A DNA stretch of 64,000 nt, taken from NCBI GenBank assembly GCA_002269645.1, contig NIVC01002108.1, positions 1 through 64,000 on the forward strand, given 5' to 3'. Of the stretch, positions 25,411 to 38,883 are shown in pieces. How positions within the stretch are numbered: the first letter of the stretch is position 1; every line of letters begins with the position of its first letter. The notes below the pieces were generated by a model. It was not told the DNA's origin and ran no database searches. It saw nothing but the letters and a program-made list of their open reading frames with translations. A program made the translations under genes and the position numbers. Source of the stretch: Macrostomum lignano (lineage: Eukaryota).

Positions 25411-26332
25411 ATGTCGCCCACAACTGCATAACAGTAACGACCCCAAATGAGACTCAAAGGTGTTATCAGAAGTGCATGTAATTAAAAATTTCATGGATAA
25501 GCCGCAGTTGTTTACAGCAATTTCTAAGCTGATAAAAATGCCAGCTATTTCTGTTCGCAAGTGCAGCAGCAACCACCACATGACTCGTGTTTACTTTATG
25601 ACTGCAGTCTCTATAAATGCTGCTCAACCTGTCTGCTCAAATGCTTCCTTCAAATCTTCTTCATTGACCCATTGACTGGTTTCAGAGTGGAGTGAAATTG
25701 CTCTCGGCTCGTTTAAAGTTATTGATTGCAACCCCCCCCCCTGTCACCCCTCTCACCCTCTGCCCGGGCTGTTGCGGTAGATTGAGAGCGAATGTACATT
25801 CAGCTTGTGCACACCGGGCGCATGTGTGTACATTTTCAGCTGTTAGAATTTCTCTGCGGGTGGGAAGGAATGTGTTGATTGTTGACAGAAGTTGCAGCGT
25901 ACAACAAATACTACATACAATTTGTATTGCACAGAATTTTCATTGCTAAATTGGATATATTTATAGTTTTCATTGTTTTTCACTGTAGAAAGAAAGGCCA
26001 AACTGCTAATATAATCATGAGAGCATATGCCAGCCTAGATTTCACCTTTTTGTGTTACCACCAGGAATTTCGTGTCTCACCCCCCCCCCCGAGTCTAAGG
26101 GTCTTTTTGTTTGCTGTCTCATGTCTCATACAGACGCTCAGGTCTGTAGCGAGCGTACAGCACGGGGGGGGAGGGGGGTCAGTACCGTTTAGTGCTCTCT
26201 GCTATTGCTGCTCCAGTTTTAGAGCAGTCTTTAGAGCCACTGCAGCAGACTATGTAATTGAACACAGAGACTGAAGAGGAGAAAAGAGGATAGAAGAGGA
26301 GAGAAAAGAAAATCAAAGCTAAGTTGACCAGA

Positions 26333-26975
26333 GACTAGAGATTGGAAACTAGAGACTAGAGATTGGAAACTAGAGACTAGAGACCAGACGCTATAGAGAC
26401 TTAGAGGCCAGAGACTAGAGTTCAGGGGCTAGAGACTAGAGATCAGGGGCTAGAGACTAGAGATCAGGGGCTAGAGACTAGAGATCAGGGGCTAGAGACT
26501 AGAGATCAGAGGCTAGAGACTAGAGATCAGGGGCTAGAGACTAGAGTTCAGGGGCTAGAGACTAGAGATCAGGGGCTAGAGACTAGAGATCAGGGGCTAG
26601 AGACTAGAGATCAGGGGCTAGAGACTAGAGTTCAGGGGCTAGAGACTAGAGATCAGGGGCTAGAGACTAGAGATCAGGGGCTAGAGACTAGAGATCAGGG
26701 GCTAGAGACTAGAGATCAGGGGCTAGAGACTAGAGATCAGAGGCTAGAGACTAGAGATCAGGGGCTAGAGACTAGAGATCAGAGGCTAGAGACTAGAGAT
26801 CAGGGGCTAGAGACTAGAGATCAGGGACTAGAGACTAGAGATCAGGGGCTAGAGACTAGAGATCAGAGACTATGGACTAGAGGCCAGAGACCATAGACTA
26901 GAGGCCATAGACTAGAGATTAGAGGCCAGAGACCACAGACCAGTGGCCAGAGATTAGAGACTAGAGACTAAAGAC
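26333..26975. repeat. 21-bp minisatellite (AGAGACTAGAGATCAGGGGCT)
   Basis: Visible. Confidence 0.95.
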
Positions 26976-27329
26976 AAGATCAATAAACTACGCTCGTAGA
27001 TAAGATGAGAAATCAGAGAGACCAGATAGAATGCTATTAATAGTTTGGCAATGCAAGGCAGACAGCTAAATGAGCCATAAATGAAGCCGAAAGCGGTCTG
27101 CAGAGCCTCGTGGGAACACGCGAACTGTCAAGTGGACCGGCAGGTTATTATGAAAGCATTTTTCTACTTTCCAGTCACCGCCACCATCATCGTAAACTGG
27201 AGAATGCTATGCTGGGTGTGCAGCCCAGGTGTAATTCATATTTGATCTCTATTAGAAAATTATAGTTCTCACACAGTTTTATTTTTCACTGCTAAACTAA
27301 CCTAATGCGTCGCAATGTTTTACTGTCTG

Positions 27330-29460
27330 TCGCATTTTTTTGCGAATTCACACGAATTAATTGATAGTGAAATCTGATGTTATTTTTCTCACCTGCTTTA
27401 ATGAAAAAATAGAAAAGACAAGACAAGACAATATGAGATAGGGGAGAGAAGAGAGGAGAAGAAGAGGGGAGGAGAAAAGAGAGAAGAGGGGAGGGGAGGA
27501 GAGGAGAGGGGAGGAGAGGAAAGGGAGGAGAGGAGAGGGGAAGAGAGGAGAGGAGAGGGGAGGAGAGGGGAGGAGAGAAGAGGGAGGAGATGAGAGGGGA
27601 GGAGAGGAGAGGGGAGGAGAGGGGAGGAGAGGAGAGGAGAGGGGAGAAGAGGGGAGGAGAGGAGAGGGGAGGAGAGGAGAGGGGAGGAGAGGGGAGGAGA
27701 GGAGAGGGAGGAGAGGAGAGGGAGGAGAGGGGAGGAGAGGAGAGGGGAGAAGAGGAGAGGAGAGGAGAGGAGAGGGGGAGAGGGAGAGGGAGAGAGAGGA
27801 GAGGGGGGAGGAGAGGGGAGGAGAGGAGAGGGGAGGAGATGGGAGGAGAGGGGAGGAGAGGAGAGGGAGGAGAGGAGAGAGGAGAGGGGAGGAGGAGAGG
27901 GAGGAGAGGGGAGGAGAGGAGAGGAGAGGGGAGGAGAGGAGAGGGGAGGAGAGGAGAGGGGAGGAGAGGGGAGGGGAGAAGAGGAGAGGAGAGGAGAGGA
28001 GAGGGGAGGGGAGGAGGAGAGGAGAGGAGAGGGGAGGAAGAGAGGGGAGGAGGAGAGAGGGGAGGAGGATTCGTGTGAATTCGCATTTTTTTGCGAATTC
28101 ACACGAATTAATTGATAGTGAAATCTGATGTTATTTTTCTCACCTGCTTTAATGAAAAAATAGAAAAGACAAGACAAGACAATATGAGATAGGGGAGAGA
28201 AGAGAGGAGAAGAAGAGGGGAGGAGAAAAGAGAGAAGAGGGGAGGGGAGGAGAGGAGAGGGGAGGAGAGGAAAGGGAGGAGAGGAGAGGGGAAGAGAGGA
28301 GAGGAGAGGGGAGGAGAGGGGAGGAGAGAAGAGGGAGGAGATGAGAGGGGAGGAGAGGAGAGGGGAGGAGAGGGGAGGAGAGGAGAGGAGAGGGGAGAAG
28401 AGGGGAGGAGAGGAGAGGGGAGGAGAGGAGAGGGAGGAGGAGAGGAGAGGAGAGGAGAGGGGAGGAGAGGGGAGGAGAGGAGAGGGAGAAGAGGAGAGGA
28501 GAGGAGAGGAGAGGGGAGGAGAGGGGAGGAGAGGAGAGGGGGGAGGAGAGGGGAGGAGAGGAGAGGGGAGGAGATGGGAGGAGAGGGGAGGAGAGGAGAG
28601 GGGAGGAGAGGAGAGGGAGGAGAGGAGAGGGGAGGAGAGGGGAGGAGGAGAGGGGAGGAGAGGGGAGGAGAGGAGAGGAGAGGGAGGAGAGGAGAGGGGA
28701 GGAGAGGGGAGGAGAGGAGAGGGGAGGAGAGGAGAGGGGAGGAGAGGGGAGGGGAGAAGAGGAGAGGAGAGGAGAGGAGAGGGGAGGGGAGGAGGAGAGG
28801 AGAGGAGAGGGGAGGAAGAGAGGGGAGGAGGAGAGGGGAGGAGGAGAGGGGAGGAGAGGGGAGGAGGAGAGGGGAGGAGAGGGGAGGAGAGGAGAGGAGA
28901 GGGGAGGAGAGGAGAGGGGAGGAGAGGAGAGGGAGGAGAGGAGAGGGGAGGAGAGGGGAGGGGAGAAGAGGAGAGGAGAGGAGAGGAGAGGGGAGGAGAG
29001 GAGAGGGGAGGAGAGGGGAGGAGAGGAGAGGGGAGGAGAGGGGAGGGGAGAAGAGGAGAGGAGAGGGGAGGAGAGGGGAGGAGAGGAGAGGAGAGGGGAG
29101 GAGAGGGGAGGAGAGGAGAGGGGAGAAGAGGAGAGGAGAGGAGAGGAGAGGGGAAGAGAGGAGAGGAGAGGGGAGGAGAGGGAGGAGAGAAGAGGGAGGA
29201 GATGAGAGGGGAGGAGAGGAGAGGGGAGGAGAGGGAGGAGAGGAGAGGAGAGGGGAGAAGAGGGGAGGAGAGAGGGGAGGAGAGGAGAGGGGAGGAGAGG
29301 GAGGAGAGGAGAGGGAGGAGAGGAGAGGGGAGGAGAGGGGAGGAGAGGAGAGGGGAGAAGAGGAGAGGAGAGGAGAGGAGAGGGGAGGAGAGGGGAGGAG
29401 AGGAGAGGGGGGAGGAGAGGGGAGGAGAGGAGAGGGGAGGAGAGGGGAGGAGAGAAGAGG
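27330..29460. repeat. (GGAGA/GGGGA)n homopurine tracts within a 751-bp-period tandem duplication
   Basis: The unique block CGCATTTTTTTGCGAATTCACACG...CAATATGAGATAGGGGAG starts at both 27331 and 28082. Confidence 0.9.
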
Positions 29461-29929
29461 CTTCAAATCAGAGAACGTCAAGAAAAATTGTTAGATAAAG
29501 CAAACAAGTAAAAGCAGAGCGACACGAGAAATTGCTGAGGCGAAGGCGGAGCCGATGGCGCAACGGTGAAAAGAGACCCGTCCGCTAATTCAGTCTACTA
29601 TCGATGTGAGTCAGCGCTGGATATTGCGCAAATCGCAGTGCCCATTGGCGCTGACCTTGGCCCAGCCCACGCAGTATTTTCTATTTGTGTTGGAAAAAAA
29701 TTAATGAGCGTTGCATTAATTAGCCGCGGTGCGTGCGGAACCCTGCACGGTGCGGCCACGCTTTCTGTAATTGCACTCTCTGCTCTGCTTGTGCGACCGA
29801 ATATGATTATTGTGGAGTGGAATGCAGAGCTCGGAACTGGGGCTCTGGCACTCTCGTTTGGCTTGCTTGAGTCTTCTGCTTTTGTTGCAATTGAGACAAT
29901 CAGTTCTTTTCTTTTTTGTTTTCTCACCC

Positions 29930-30405
29930 ATCTATCTCACTCTCCTTCTCACCCCAATGTCACCCTCCTTCAGCCAATCTCACTCTCCTCACTCTCCTTC
30001 CCACCCAATCTCACTCCCCTTCTTACTCTCCTCCCCACCCAATCTCACTCCCCTTCTTACTCTCCTTCCCACCCAATCTCACTCCCCTTCTTACTCTCCT
30101 TCCCACCCAATCTCACTCCCCTTCTTACTCTCCTTCCCACCCAATCTCACTCTCCTTACTCTCCTTCCCACCCAATCTCACTCTCCTTCTCAATCTTTTT
30201 CTCACCCAATCTCACTCTCACTCTCTTTCTCACCCAATCTCACTCTCACTCTCTTTCTCACCCAATCTCACTCTCCTTCCCATTCTCCCTCTCACTCAAT
30301 CTCACTCTCCTTCTCACTATTTTTCTCACCCAATCTCACTCTTTTTCTCACCCCAATGTCACCCTCCTTCACCCAATCTCACTCTCGCTCTCACCCAATT
30401 TCACT
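29930..30405. repeat. Degenerate CCCAATCTCACTC-core repeat
   Basis: Visible. Confidence 0.85.
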
Positions 30406-30775
30406 CACCAAATCATGTTACACAGCTTCATTTCAAATGAAGCATTCCGTTATAAAATTTATAACCGATTTTGTTAAAAATTGACAGAAAAAACTGTTGA
30501 GAATTTCCACTCTAAGCAGCGGTGGGGTTATTAATAGTACAGAAGCAGATGAGCTCAGTGGGGAAGAGAGAATGGGGATCGGGGAACGGCGAGGAGCCGA
30601 GGTTGGCCCGGGAGGACTCATTCCACCTGTGTTTCTATTATTAGTAGGTAGCGGCAGTGCGGGATTTAGCCAGGGTGAGTCAGCAGCCAAATTAGGGATT
30701 TGTACGGCTTGGGAGCACCGGCCTGCCTGCTCCCCTGTGCACTGCAAATCCCCAGCCCCCGGCTCAAGCCAGGGG

Positions 30776-30868
30776 TATAAATCCGCCACAGACCGACCGG
30801 CCAAGGGACTGCATGAGCACAGCTGGAGAACAGACAACTCGCGCCGACTTTGCTTTCAATATCTCTGG
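30776..30868 (+). promoter_or_regulatory. TATA box and probable non-coding first exon of the ETS gene
   Basis: TATAAA at 30776-30781, then a strong donor GG|GTAAGT at 30869. A free acceptor (TTCTGCAG, 32711) lies 18 nt before the ETS ATG. Another candidate donor AT|GTGAGT is at 29606. Confidence 0.45.
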
Positions 30869-31764
30869 GTAAGTTTGCGTTACAGTGATTCTCTGAGACA
30901 AATAGCAATTGTTGCAGACAGTTAATTATCTTAAAGCAAACTCAACAGATAGGTCAAATATTTAGTTTATTGCTCTGATACAGCTGCGCCATATCTCTTT
31001 TAAGATACTTAGAGCCGGCCCATAGCATGTCCTGTCATTTATTCACAGGCCAAATTAGTCAGGCTTGGGTGGGCAGGCAGGCATTTCATTCACGCGCCTT
31101 GGGTTCTGCTAGATTGAGTGACTCACTTCAGCCAAGCATGTTTAGCAAATGTCTCTCTAGCAGGAATAAGCCAGCTGGCTAGAGTTCGTCACGCGCATCG
31201 TATGCTTTCTTTGTTCTGTCTGGTTCTTGCTAAAGGCGAGTGGCCCAGTGGGAAACTCTCCACAGTGACTCACAGCCCAGCCCCGCAGCCGCAGTGCCTT
31301 CATATTTCATTGTGAATTACGCGCGGCCTGTGTGTGCACGCAGGTCAATGCGCCGTGTGTACGAATCCAGCCCTGGCCCCCAGAACTCGATAGCGCAGAG
31401 CTCCATAATAGGCTGCATGGGGTGGCTCCAGCTCGAGGCTCAATTTTAGACATTTCGTACCAAAAATGCGCGAATTAAGGAGGGAGGAGGGAGGGGGGTT
31501 GGTGGAGAGAGGTGAAAATGTTACACAGCGTGTTCGTTGGGGTTGTGTGTCGAGCGCACATATATAAATATAATATTGTGAAGGCACAGTCTCAAGTTAG
31601 CTTTGAAGCTTTTGTTCTATAGAAATTTTTTTCTCTGCTCAAATTACTTTGTATATTTCCCATAGTCATCGATTCATTTATTAGTGTAATTGGTAAGTTT
31701 ATTGATTGTATTTGAGAATATTGGTTGGCAGGATTCGAACTTAAATGCATCATTTCAGTTCTCT

Positions 31765-32257
31765 CCCGTTACCTTGTGGCGCCCCTGTTCACCTTGTGGC
31801 GCCTCTTGTTCACCTTGTGGCGCCTCTTGTTCACCTTGTGACGCCTCTTGTTCACCTTGTGGCGCCTCTTGTTCACCTTGTGGCGCCTCTTGTTTCCCTT
31901 TGTGGCGCCTCTTGTTCCCATTGTGGCGCCTCTTGTTTCCCATTGTGGCGCCTCTTGTTCCCATTGTGGCGCCTCTTGTTCCCATTGTGGCGCCTCTTGT
32001 TCCCATTATGGGGCCTCTTGTTCACCTTGTGGCGCCTCTTGTTCACCTTGTGGCGCCTCTTGTTCCCATTGTGGCGCCTCTTGTTCACCTTGTGGCGCCT
32101 CTTGTTCACCTTGTGGCGCCTCTTGTTTCCCTTTGTGGCGCCTCTTGTTTCCCTTGTAGCGCCTCTTGTTCCCATTGTGGCGCCTCTTGTTCCCACTATG
32201 GCGCCTCTTGTTCCCATTATGGCGCCTCTTGTTCCCATTGTGGCGCCTCTTGTTCCC
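31765..32257. repeat. 21-bp minisatellite (GTGGCGCCTCTTGTTCCCATT)
   Basis: Visible. Confidence 0.95.
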
Positions 32258-32729
32258 GTGGTTGGACTTCAATGGGAATTTAAATTAGCGCGGGTTCCCA
32301 ACGCTTATTGTGATATTTTGAAATAAAGATCGGATTAAGTCGGGCAGGTGAAGTGTCACTACTGGCCATGGTATTCCAGTCCCAGTGCTACGTGAATCGA
32401 TAAGCTCGTGGAACGCGGCAGAAAGCTCAATTTGGCCGGAGCTGATTAGAGCAGTTTACACAACAATCGCCGAGTGCAAAACCTGCTGCGAAGACTCGGT
32501 GGGGGAGGGTGGCGGCGGCGGGCAGTTTTTCCTGTTGGTTTTGTTTCCAAGCTCAACAGTCGGCCGAGAGATAAGGAGAGCAGCGGCGCTGAGCGGTGTA
32601 CACAGGCCCGTACACACGGGGTGTGCGATTCTGACTGAGTCATTTCGAACTGCCTACAGCTGCAATGAGTCTTCTTACTAATAGCTCAACGCATTTCTCG
32701 CATTTCTGCAGATCGCGCGCCCGACAGCC

Positions 32730-35700
32730 ATGACCAGCCTGGACGAGTTCGACTTCAGCGAGAACGGCTGGGAAATCCCGGAGTCCGGCGGGGTGGACAT
32801 CTCCTTACTGAACGAGTCCACGCAGAGCTTCCTGGACGAGATGGTGAAGGTGAGCTGCCAGGCCGTCACAGAAGGGCTTCACAGTTGGGCTTCACAGAAG
32901 TCAGAAATCAATGTAGCTGCAAGTACGGAATCGAACCTGGGACTTTGTTTAACTCTCTATCACTGATTGAACCGAAATCCCAACAGATGGAGGAGTCCAC
33001 CGTCTCGTTGATCAATGACGTCAACCTGTCGCTGGACGACTGGCTCCGGCAGATGCCGCCGCTGCCGTTGGAGTCGCCGCAGTCGTCGCCAGCCGCGCTT
33101 GACGAGCAGCAGCAGTCGAAGGCGCCGAGCTCAGCCAGCAGCTGTCTCGGGCTGATCGATGACGACCAGACGGAGTCCGAGCAGGATCCCGAGGACATGA
33201 TTGAGCTGGACGTGAAGCGGATTAAGATGTCGCTCGAGGAAGGCAGCCTGTGGCACAGCGCCCAGCAGCAGCAGCCGCCGACGAGCCTCGGCAGTCGCCG
33301 TCGCAAGCTGCCCAGCCGGCCGCGGCAGCTCCGGATCCAGCCGATTGACGTCAAGCTGCCCAGCGATGGTGAGTTCGCTTGAAATCTGGGCGGATTTATC
33401 CTATATATGCGCGTAGAATAAATTTAGATAGCCATGTCCCAGTTTTTCTACTGCAGTCAGTAGAGAAGTAGGAGCGGGGAATGTATACGCAAAATTTTGA
33501 TTTGAAAAAAAATTCGAAAGGTGTCCAGAACGAAGTGAAGAGTTCACGCTGTCTGCAAACTGATGGCGCCATCCTCCAAGAGGTTCGCTACCCTTCCCCC
33601 CCACCCTAAAAACAGGCTGTGCTTGCCGGGTCCAAGGGGCTCCAACTGCGTAACCGCTAATTCGGCTTCCGCCCAAGTCCTGCCTACCCGCCCTGTAGAT
33701 CCGAGGCATCTTGAATTTCATTGGTGCACAAGCACTGAACTTCTCTGCCTGGAACAGACTCTCCATTCACTGACTGCCGGTGACTCTGTGCTGCTGCTGT
33801 GTCTGGCTCAGGGTTGATCGTTACATATCGCACTGAATTCTCTGTCCTCTCGCCCCCCTCTGCCTCAGCTGTCAGCGCCTCCCCTCACTCGATAAGTAAG
33901 TCGCAGCAGGCTTAATTATTTGCTACAATCTGCTTGTCTCGCGCCTCTCCACCTGAGTTTGGATACAAAATCAGCATTCTGCATTTCTGTGGGAACAGCA
34001 GCTTTGGAAGTAGGGAAACCAAACTGCCGGCAGCGTGTTAGCAGACTGTTCTGGGGTAGATTTTCATTCTTGTTGGTTTTTTCTTCTTTCCGCGCTCACG
34101 TGACTCGAGCCGGAGTCGGAGATTAGAGCAGGCAGAGAAGTGCCGCTGGCTGGAGTCACTGGTGGCTGCCTTATCAGGCCAACTGAAGAACAAATTCCAC
34201 CAACTGCCGCTCCTGGACTATAAAAGACCAAACTGCGCTTTTTAACTGTTGTGAAATCTCAGAGTTCTTCTCAAGTGAGCAGCAGAGCTATTTGGTAGCA
34301 GTGCAGCCCAGAGCGCAATAATTCATATTCGACAATAGCAAAGAGAGAGAAAGATGGACCAGCAGCGCCACATGGATCTGGTGAGCAGGTATGAGCAGTA
34401 CTTTGCCTACCTCTTCTGGCAGCAACAGCTGGCATCGGAAGCAGAGTTTTATCGATTTCAGCAACGTCTTCTGCTTCAGCAACAACAGCAGCAGCAACAA
34501 CAACAGCAACAGCAGCAGCAGCAGGACTCCAGCAAGTGCTTTAAGAAGAAGCTACTCCAACGCTACGTCACTCACGCGAGTACGTGGGTCCCCGCTAGCC
34601 TGTGAATGGGACTTGAAATTAGCGCGTTGTCATAGCAACTAGGCATAAACACTGCGATACGCCACCAGCTGGCACAGGGTGCAGACTTGGAGCCTCAAGA
34701 AGACAAGTACAAACCCGAACCCCCCGCGAACGCCCCCACCCTCCCCCAATTCCTTCCGAGTTGACATTTCGATCCGCGGCCGCGAGGCGCCGCAGGCGTT
34801 TGTTAATCTTATCTCAGCCCAGCAAGGCATGGCTCGAGCTGTCTCAGCTGACCTTTGTCATTCTCCTCGCTCTCGACTCTGTCCCGAAAACGTTTCAAGT
34901 TGCACCTGGGGTCTTATCTGACCAGAAAAAAACTAAGTTATCTTGGGCCCAACCCGAAGTCTACTCGAATGTTTTTCGGGCTGAGGACCCCAGCTAGCAG
35001 CTCCGATAGCGAAATCAACAGAGCAAAGGTTGATCCCGCGCCAATCTGGGTTTTTTATAATCAGCGGCTCAAGTTCAGGGCGAGTCCCCGCACTTGGCTA
35101 CCAACAAACTCGGACCATACTTGACAACCGAACTCCCCAACCCCCACTGCTCAGATGAGTCCGAACTCGCCAGCCTCGTGCCGAGCAGCCCGACCGACTC
35201 TGGCGTGTCCGGTCTGTCCGAGTTCGACGCCAGCGAGATGGCAGCCGCGGTGGCCGGCCTGGTCAAGCCGAAGCCGACTTACCAGCTGCCGCACCAGCTG
35301 CCGCACCAGCCCCGCCAGGTGGTCGCAGGCGGCCTGTCCTGGCAGCAGTTCATCAAGACTCCGACAACTCCCGACTTCCCGATGCCCGGCGCCCCGACCG
35401 CCTCCACCTCCGCCGGTCGGGTCGGCCTGCTGAGCAAAGCCGACGACCCCCCGATGCAGTCGGCCGTGCCGCAGCCGCCGCGGCCGCAGCCGCCGCACAC
35501 GCACACGCGGATCAAGACGGCGCACCGGGTGACCCGCGACCAGCAGCTCAGGCTGGAGACCGGCGGCCAGTGCGACGACCTGGTGATCATGGACACCGAC
35601 AGTCTGCGAAGGCACCGAATGGGCGAGTCCTTTGCTGCTCACGCCACTGCTAAGCGAGGTGAGGACTCGAAACAAAGTTTAACCTTAATTGACCTTATTA

Positions 35701-36445
35701 CATTACTGTGCATGAATTCTAACAAGCTTATCCACTCGACTTGCACCTGCGCAGAGCACTGCACCTACAGTCCGTTCGGCGAAGAGGTTCAGCTCGTCTG
35801 CCCGAAGCGCAGGCGAGACGGCGGCCAGACCTACCTGTGGGAGTTTCTGCTCGACCTGCTGCACAATCCCACCTACAGCCCGCGCTTCATCAAGTGGCTG
35901 GACAAGGAGCGAGGCGTCTTCAAGCTGGTGGACAGTCGGGCCGTGTCCAAGCTGTGGGGCATGCTCAAGAACAAGCCGGACATGACGTACGAGACAATGG
36001 GCCGAGCTCTCAGGTGAGAACACTTGACAACAGCATAGCAACAGCATAGCAAAAGCATAGCAACAGCATCGAAACAGCATAGAAACAACATATAGAAACT
36101 GCATAGCAACAACATAGAAACAGCTTAGCAAAACCATTGTAACAGCATAGCAACATCATAGCAACAACATAGCAACAGCATAGAAACAGCATAGCAACAG
36201 CAAAGCAATAGCATAGCAACATCATCGTAACAGCATAGCAACACCAATGAAACAGCATAGCAACACCACAGAAACAGCATAGAAACAGCCATAAATTTTA
36301 CAATAATCTTCTCAAAATGTCGCTCAGATACTACTACGCCCGAGGAATTCTCAATAAAGTTGACGGCCAGCGCTTGGTTTACCAGTTCGCCAACCTGAAG
36401 AAGCTCAGAGAGCCACCGACAGCGGCGGGTCTGTGCGAGGCCTAG
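32730..36445 (+). CDS. ETS-domain transcription factor, ELF/E74 subfamily
   Basis: Exons 32730-32849, 32987-33368, 35155-35658, 35755-36013, 36328-36445. ETS domain [10 protein letters not shown]...[42 protein letters not shown]|[20 protein letters not shown] is diagnostic of ELF1/2/4 and E74. Confidence 0.92.
34354..34579 (+). CDS. Candidate alternative first coding exon (poly-Q) of the ETS gene
   Basis: TATAAAA at 34219-34225, ATG at 34354, Q-rich ORF, and a phase-1 donor GA|GTACGT at 34580 matching the phase-1 acceptor at 35155. Confidence 0.55.
36028..36290. repeat. AACAGCATAGC-family repeat, last ETS intron (related arrays at 38690-38880 and 44155-44405)
   Basis: Visible. Confidence 0.85.
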
Positions 36446-37587
36446 GCGGAGTCAATAAGGTGCCTGCCTGTACACAGCTCCTCACGGATGTACATACCAG
36501 CCCGCCACGCTTTGCAATTGTTCCTATCCGCTCCTCTCATAAACAAGCACGCGGCTTCGGCCACCTAGAAAAATCCATAATTGAATGCCAGCCTGGTCAA
36601 TACTGCCATAATCCAATATTTACCTGCCTCGGAGCGAATCAATCAATCAATTTATAGGCCCTGTTCATGGGCCGCATTTCTCTACAATGGACTCAACACT
36701 AATCCGATACTCATTCGAAATTTCAAAGTCAATTTTACCGTCAATGTCCCAGCGGCGCCCCAGCACTGTACATATCGGTACACATCTTTGACGCATTGTG
36801 AAATTACTCATTACATGTAATGCCGCTTCTTAGCTACCAATTTCCAAACTCGAATTTCTAGTATTCATGTTTTTGTTGTCACGTGCTATTTTCCAAGAAC
36901 AGCGAAGTCAATTATCTACTTAGCTGTGTTTTAACACTCGCAGGAAAGTATAACATTGGCAGCTTGCTCTTTGCTGTCAATGGCTGTCACCTTTTATATT
37001 GTGCAACAAATTCCGCTCTAGTACAGTTCTAGATGCAATTTTAATGAAAATTTGCTGCTGTTGTATGTATTGCCAAACTGTGGTGCTGAGCACACAGACT
37101 CAACCCCAACCAATGCTTGTGATAACATCAGTGCTACACAGAATTCTTGATAGCTTTTTTATTAAGAGAAATTCGACATTTTATCTGCCGTGATCGCGCA
37201 CTAAACGGCTTCTCTCTACGTACATGTTGCTCATTAGAATATAAATATGTGTAAGCGAAATATACTACAGAATTATTACCTACACCGCAGAAGTCTTGCG
37301 TTCAGTTCTTTGGCAGCCTGTTGCTATCAGATCTCAGGTGTCAGCCGGCATAAATTATCTGCGTTGCAGTGCGGCTTGCGGCTGCCAACCTGGCCTCTGT
37401 GTGTCACGGGGGCGACTGCTGCAGACCGCTTCTTGGTTGGAAATTCGATCGAAGAATAGAAAAACCATGGACAGGAAGTCCACCATGGGGCACAGGAGTT
37501 GCAGTGCCAGGCAGGTGAAATGCGAAATTGGGGCAGCAATGCAGACATGCAGGGCTGAAGATTGCTGCGAATTGGAACACAGACTGA

Positions 37588-37603
37588 AGACAGACAGACA
37601 GAA

Positions 37604-37658
<55 letters not shown>

Positions 37659-37675
37659 TAGACAGACAGACAGAA

Positions 37676-37754
<79 letters not shown>

Positions 37755-37755
37755 A

Positions 37756-37794
<39 letters not shown>

Positions 37795-37815
37795 AATACA
37801 GACAGACAGACAGCC

Positions 37816-37856
<41 letters not shown>

Positions 37857-37913
37857 CAGACAGACAGACAGACAGAAAGACAGACAGACAGCCAGACAGA
37901 CAGACAGACAGAC

Positions 37914-37950
<37 letters not shown>

Positions 37951-38065
37951 AAGACACACAGACAGACAGGCAGGCAGGCAGACAGACAGACAGACAGACA
38001 CAGACAGACAGACAGACAGACAGACAGCCAGACAGACAGCCAGACAGACAGACAGACAGACAGAC

Positions 38066-38106
<41 letters not shown>

Positions 38107-38149
38107 AAGACAGACAGACAGACAGACAGACAGACACAGACAGACAGTC

Positions 38150-38184
<35 letters not shown>

Positions 38185-38225
38185 TAGACAGACAGAGACA
38201 GACAGACAGACAGACAGAAGGAGAG
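37588..38225. repeat. (GACA)n tetranucleotide microsatellite
   Basis: Visible. Confidence 0.97.
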
Positions 38226-38883
38226 ACAGGAGAAATCTAAATGCATTAATCAACGAAGACAAAGTAAGTTTTGTTTTAACTTCGTTGAATGAAAAAAATA
38301 AATGAAGTTCGTGCAAAAGAGAATGCCTGGATAAAAATATATTTATACACCAATCGGACTTATAACCACTAAGTAACGGTAAATCAGTGCAATTTACGAG
38401 GCGAAGTTCTTGCGAGAAAGTCTGCTTAAACTACGCAAAAATGTATTGGTGCGGGTGCACTGAAATGCACTTTAATTCGGCAGCCGAAGCAGCCAAGCGA
38501 ATTCCTGACGTCAATAAAATTACAGAAATCTGCCAGTCGAGAACTGCATCATCTGCGTCACTCAGCCGCAGAAGTACTGCAGAGAAACGGTTGTTCGCAA
38601 CCCCAAGTTGAAAATCAGTTTTGAAAAGGCACGAAGTTAATTAGCATTATATGGCTACAGTGGTATGTCCTACAGATCCAGTGCAGCAACAACCCAGCAA
38701 CGGCATAGCAACACCACAGAAACAGCATAGCAACATCATAGTAACAGCATAGCAACACCAATGAAACAGCATAGCAATACCATAGTAACAGCACAGAAAC
38801 ATCATAGTAACAGCATAGCAACACCATAGTAACAGCACAGCAAAACCATACCAAGCCGCCTTAGAAACACCATAGCAACCAAG

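Noticed and set aside
25879-26274. ORFs at 25.5-26.3 kb, 29.6-31.6 kb and 33.4-35.1 kb as separate genes
   Set aside because: No domain motifs and no coherent splice chain; more likely regulatory or UTR sequence of the ETS locus.
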